A stretch of DNA of 49,841 bases, taken from Citrobacter phage vB_CfrD_Brooksby. The first letter of the stretch is position 1. Every line of letters begins with the position of its first letter. The DNA lies in the sequence record OL539443.1. One strand, 5' to 3'. Shown here in pieces: positions 47,110 through 49,841 of the stretch. A model generated the notes under the pieces. That model made no database searches. It was given only the letters and a program-made list of their open reading frames with translations, and was not told where the DNA came from. The position numbers and the translations under genes were made by a program.

Positions 47110-47288
47110 AGCGTTTCATAGTATTTTCTTTGATACTCATTTTTGGGATCTGGTTAACAGACAATGACACATGGCAAAGCATTTTTGGCGGCTTATTAAT
47201 TTTCATGGCTGGCGGCATTGCTGGCGAGGATAGCGCCAAAGAGAAAAATAAACTTTCCGATCACTTACGCAAGGAGACTAAACTATGA
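47106..47288 (+). CDS. small membrane protein
   Basis: FIVFSLILIFGIWL...SIFGGLLIFMAGGIAG. Confidence 0.55.
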   Translation: MKRFIVFSLILIFGIWLTDNDTWQSIFGGLLIFMAGGIAGEDSAKEKNKLSDHLRKETKL

Positions 47289-47530
47289 ACAGAAAAATGC
47301 TTATTCGCGCCTTTGCGAAGATTGCTAAAAGGTGGGGAGACTCTAACAAATCGCCTTACACGTTTAGCCGATACGGTTATAAAAATGCTCGCGCCTGGGG
47401 TCGATGCATTGCGGATAACTACAACGCCGAAATGCTGGAAGATTTCGCAAAGTGGATTGATACACCTTTGAAGGATTGGTGTCAATTTGACTATGACTAT
47501 TTCGCAGAAGAAGAAATTTCATGCTGGTAA
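47285..47530 (+). CDS. hypothetical protein
   Basis: ATGA overlap ORF. Confidence 0.55.
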   Translation: MNRKMLIRAFAKIAKRWGDSNKSPYTFSRYGYKNARAWGRCIADNYNAEMLEDFAKWIDTPLKDWCQFDYDYFAEEEISCW

Positions 47531-47541
47531 GGAGAGTAAAC

Positions 47542-48039
47542 ATGATCGCTAAAAATGACCTTTGCAACCTGTTAACTGCTGGTAATGATTATCAGGTTTT
47601 GAATAGCACAGAAGATCGTTATTTTATTGAGTGTGACAATGGGGATCGCATGTGGCTTAAAAAAGGCTTTTTCGAAAGTGAGCATCTATGCAATGCAAAG
47701 CGGATCGCAGATGAAGCAAGTGCATTAGCAGAGCGTGAACGAATTCGCGACATAGTAGCGGAGCAGGTTAGAAATTCGTGCTTGCCTGGTGGCGATATCT
47801 TTAAATCAATGCGCGGTGAAATGACGGTTGGAATTCAAGATCGCGTAATTGCAAAATCAGTTGATTCTGTAATTGAGAATGCGCGATTCAATGATTTGAT
47901 TTTATCAGACGCCAAGGAATGCGTAAAAGTTTTAGAGCAACTGCGTGAAGTGCTGCGAGTGCCGGAAGGTGAAAACATTGTGACTCATGCAAAGGTTGTA
48001 AGAGCATTGGCTGATGCGCTGATTGGCCTACAAAAATAG
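47542..48039 (+). CDS. hypothetical protein (start MIAKNDLCNLL)
   Basis: ATG with GGAG upstream; TAG stop is part of operator 20. Confidence 0.6.
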   Translation: MIAKNDLCNLLTAGNDYQVLNSTEDRYFIECDNGDRMWLKKGFFESEHLCNAKRIADEASALAERERIRDIVAEQVRNSCLPGGDIFKSMRGEMTVGIQDRVIAKSVDSVIENARFNDLILSDAKECVKVLEQLREVLRVPEGENIVTHAKVVRALADALIGLQK

Positions 48040-48079
48040 CACTTTTTGTTAAAACTTCCGCGAGGGCATTTGTTAAAGT
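48037..48079 (+). promoter_or_regulatory. operator-promoter cassette 20: TAGCACTTTTTGTTA - 22 bp - TAAAGT
   Basis: bracketed by GAGGGCA/TGTCCTC (48062-48085). Confidence 0.72.
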
Positions 48080-48111
48080 GTCCTCATTGAAGCGAAACAG
48101 AGGAAAGCGCA

Positions 48112-48324
48112 ATGAAAATCAAAATTACCAAAATCGACACCATCAACGGCGACGGCTCAATCACTCTTGAACAATGCGGTTTAGTTATTGGTGATGTGTT
48201 GGAGGTTGACGGGCATTTCAGCGATGGATCTTATTGTGTGATTGCGCCGAGAAACAGCGAGTTTATCAAAGCTGGCGACAATATCAGTGTTAACCATGAC
48301 GAATGCGAGGTTGTAGAAGAATGA
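48112..48324 (+). CDS. small hypothetical protein, SH3-like candidate
   Basis: ORF behind cassette 20. Confidence 0.55.
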   Translation: MKIKITKIDTINGDGSITLEQCGLVIGDVLEVDGHFSDGSYCVIAPRNSEFIKAGDNISVNHDECEVVEE

Positions 48325-48578
48325 TCCAGATTAACCTGTCAGAAAAACAAGCCAAATCACTGTTAGATAGTCTTGGCTGGCGCTGGTGTGACGATCCAAA
48401 ATATCACGACAACGTTACAATCGAAAGCAATGTTGCGAGTGAGCTTTTTACTCAGCTTGAGCAGCAATTAATGCCACGCTCAACAAGTGCGGCAGAGTTG
48501 GCGGTGTGGCGGCATGAAAACGGCCTTAATGAAATGGATGTTGAAAAGTGGAAGCGTAAAAACGAGGTGATGAAATGA
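48321..48578 (+). CDS. hypothetical protein (start MIQINLSEKQ)
   Basis: ATGA overlap with upstream gene. Confidence 0.55.
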   Translation: MIQINLSEKQAKSLLDSLGWRWCDDPKYHDNVTIESNVASELFTQLEQQLMPRSTSAAELAVWRHENGLNEMDVEKWKRKNEVMK

Positions 48579-48916
48579 TTTACATTCACTCTTACGGCGT
48601 TGGCAAGTTTGGCAGCAAGCAGATCCGAAACATTCACGACACGTTAGAAGAAGCCAAAGCACAGCAACGTGTTTTAGGTGGAGTTGTTCAGGCGTTTGAA
48701 TCGGTGGAAAACTTAGAAAGCGAATGGATGGAGCGCGAGCACATAAAGGATCTGATTGTTGATGAGGTGTCATGCTTGATTGATGATCTCACAACTGACG
48801 CGCCAGGGTCGCCGAGAAACTATGAGCCAGGCTCAACGCAATGGGATTGCTGGAAGGTCAAAACGCTAGGCAACATCCGTGACATTATGGATGGAAAATT
48901 TAACGAAATTGAATGA
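48575..48916 (+). CDS. hypothetical protein
   Basis: ORF. Confidence 0.55.
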   Translation: MIYIHSYGVGKFGSKQIRNIHDTLEEAKAQQRVLGGVVQAFESVENLESEWMEREHIKDLIVDEVSCLIDDLTTDAPGSPRNYEPGSTQWDCWKVKTLGNIRDIMDGKFNEIE

Positions 48917-48972
48917 GTTTTAAAGCGCCTCAATCGAATTCTAAGAGGCGCTAATTTTGGAAAGGTGATTGT

Positions 48973-49101
48973 ATGCCTAACTACATAAAACCATCGCAGT
49001 GGTGCGCACAGAAGCAAGAGGAAGCGTTAGAGCGCGGCGACACTGACACAGCATTGCACTACTTTGAAATGTACCAACTTTGGAAATCAAGAGGACTGTA
49101 A
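48973..49101 (+). CDS. 42-aa hypothetical protein MPNYIKPSQWCAQKQEEALERGDTDTALHYFEMYQLWKSRGL
   Basis: Unlisted ORF. Confidence 0.45.
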   Translation: MPNYIKPSQWCAQKQEEALERGDTDTALHYFEMYQLWKSRGL

Positions 49102-49102
49102 A

Positions 49103-49330
49103 ATGTTTGGACTTAATGAGGCTGAATACAACATTGTTAAACGTGCTGCAAAAGAGTGCATGAAGGATCTGAAAGTTGAAGTGACAAGCGGCAACAAATA
49201 CGATCATATTGCGGCTGGAATTATCACCAAACATCACACGCCGATTTCAACGCTAATCACGCGCACAAAGTTTGTATGGCTTGCTGGCTATATTGCTGGT
49301 CGATGGGGCAAGCCTGGCGAGTATGAATAA
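49103..49330 (+). CDS. hypothetical protein (start MFGLNEAEYN)
   Basis: ORF abutting upstream stop. Confidence 0.5.
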   Translation: MFGLNEAEYNIVKRAAKECMKDLKVEVTSGNKYDHIAAGIITKHHTPISTLITRTKFVWLAGYIAGRWGKPGEYE

Positions 49331-49417
49331 TAGCCAGTTGGTTCAAGTAAGGTTGACTGCGTGATTTCTGATTGGTAGATTAAACGCCGTGAATAGAAGG
49401 TATGTTTTCACACAACG

Positions 49418-49495
49418 CGTGGCGCGATAGCCACAAAACCAAATCGGGCAGGTAGAGCACAACGCGCCACGATGCCAGCGGGAACCGTAACCCGC
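49418..49495 (+). other. possible structured leader/ncRNA: CGTGGCGCG...CGCGCCACG plus GCGGG...CCCGC
   Basis: Perfect 9-bp distant arms (49418-49426 / 49463-49471) and a second 5-bp hairpin (49478-49495) in the non-coding gap 49331-49513. Confidence 0.35.
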
Positions 49496-49513
49496 ACCAT
49501 TCAGGAGAATAAA

Positions 49514-49675
49514 ATGAGCAATAAAGAAGTTGCAAAGGTTACAATCATTGTTGAGCGCGACGGCAAGAAAACGCGGTACAAAAAGCGCTTTGCAAAAGGC
49601 GAGGCGGTATTAGGCCGGATCGGTGATTTCATGGTGAAATTGCAAGAGGATAAGCCTGATGGTGTTCAAAGTTAA
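49514..49675 (+). CDS. small basic hypothetical protein
   Basis: ATG 49514 after AGGAG. Confidence 0.55.
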   Translation: MSNKEVAKVTIIVERDGKKTRYKKRFAKGEAVLGRIGDFMVKLQEDKPDGVQS

Positions 49676-49841
49676 GTTAACTATCAGGCGCATGGGTCGC
49701 AATTGCGGATCATGCAAGCAGGATTTTGAATGCGAGGTTGCAGCATTTGACGAACATCACGCCGTCAACCTTGCAAAGCGTTTATCTGGTGCTAACCCTG
49801 AAACGCACCAATTTTCAATCAACTATGTGAGGGCTATATAA
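49659..49841 (+). CDS. small Cys-containing hypothetical protein
   Basis: ORF ending with TAA at the last base of the window. Confidence 0.55.
   Translation: MVFKVKLTIRRMGRNCGSCKQDFECEVAAFDEHHAVNLAKRLSGANPETHQFSINYVRAI

Noticed and set aside
42896-48051. CRISPR array or transposon ends as explanation for repeated 15-20 bp motif
   Set aside because: Copies are irregularly spaced between different genes on both strands, phased to -10 elements, without spacers of constant length, transposase or target duplications.
49441-49500. tRNA gene suggested by GGTAGAGCA
   Set aside because: No matching acceptor stem, anticodon arm or T-loop (GTTCRANNC) could be assembled by eye.
1-49841. Lysogeny module, toxin-antitoxin pair or a self-contained defence island
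   Set aside because: No integrase, attachment site-like repeat, or recognisable TA/defence protein families; the YdaS-like HTH protein stands without a YdaT-like partner.

Overview
The window looks like one essentially complete genome of a lytic, T1-like (Drexlerviridae-type) siphophage, opened just upstream of terS. That family call is an inference from gene order and recognisable protein families; no database search was run. Gene order: DNA packaging, head and lambda-like tail genes (0-20 kb, +); RecE-like exonuclease, Erf annealing protein and SSB (20-23 kb, +); S74-type tail fibre, primase and a Cro/YdaS-like HTH protein (23-27 kb, -); helicase, VRR-NUC nuclease, Dam methylase, phosphoesterase, holin, SAR endolysin and u-spanin-like protein (27-34 kb, +); DUF3987-like protein, C5-MTase-like protein and many small ORFs (34-41 kb, -); small early-type genes including a HAD phosphatase and a dNMP kinase (42-49.8 kb, +). 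The strongest unusual signal is not a gene. A 15-bp interrupted palindrome, TAGCA-N5-TG(C/T)TA followed by AAAA, recurs 20 times, always in the sense orientation 21-22 bp upstream of a good -10 hexamer (TATAGT/CATAAT/TATAAT) and with no canonical -35. The palindrome is centred near -42, as for a class II activator site. Many copies are fused to stop codons of the preceding gene (7 start with the TAG stop; 4 are encoded as a shared C-terminal NSTNC-stop), and many have a second inverted repeat with changing but complementary arms at or next to the -10. I propose a genome-wide, phage-controlled regulon of compound promoter cassettes, with the HTH protein at 26511-27119 as first candidate regulator. 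Other points of interest: a duplicated AT-rich element with exactly conserved 32-bp phasing in the two largest non-coding gaps, overlapping TAGACC-N4-GGTCTA palindromes at the divergent control region, a -1 frameshift at A_AAA_AAC in the tail chaperone genes, tandem paralogous head proteins, terminator-promoter fusions, and a cluster of unlisted membrane miniproteins.
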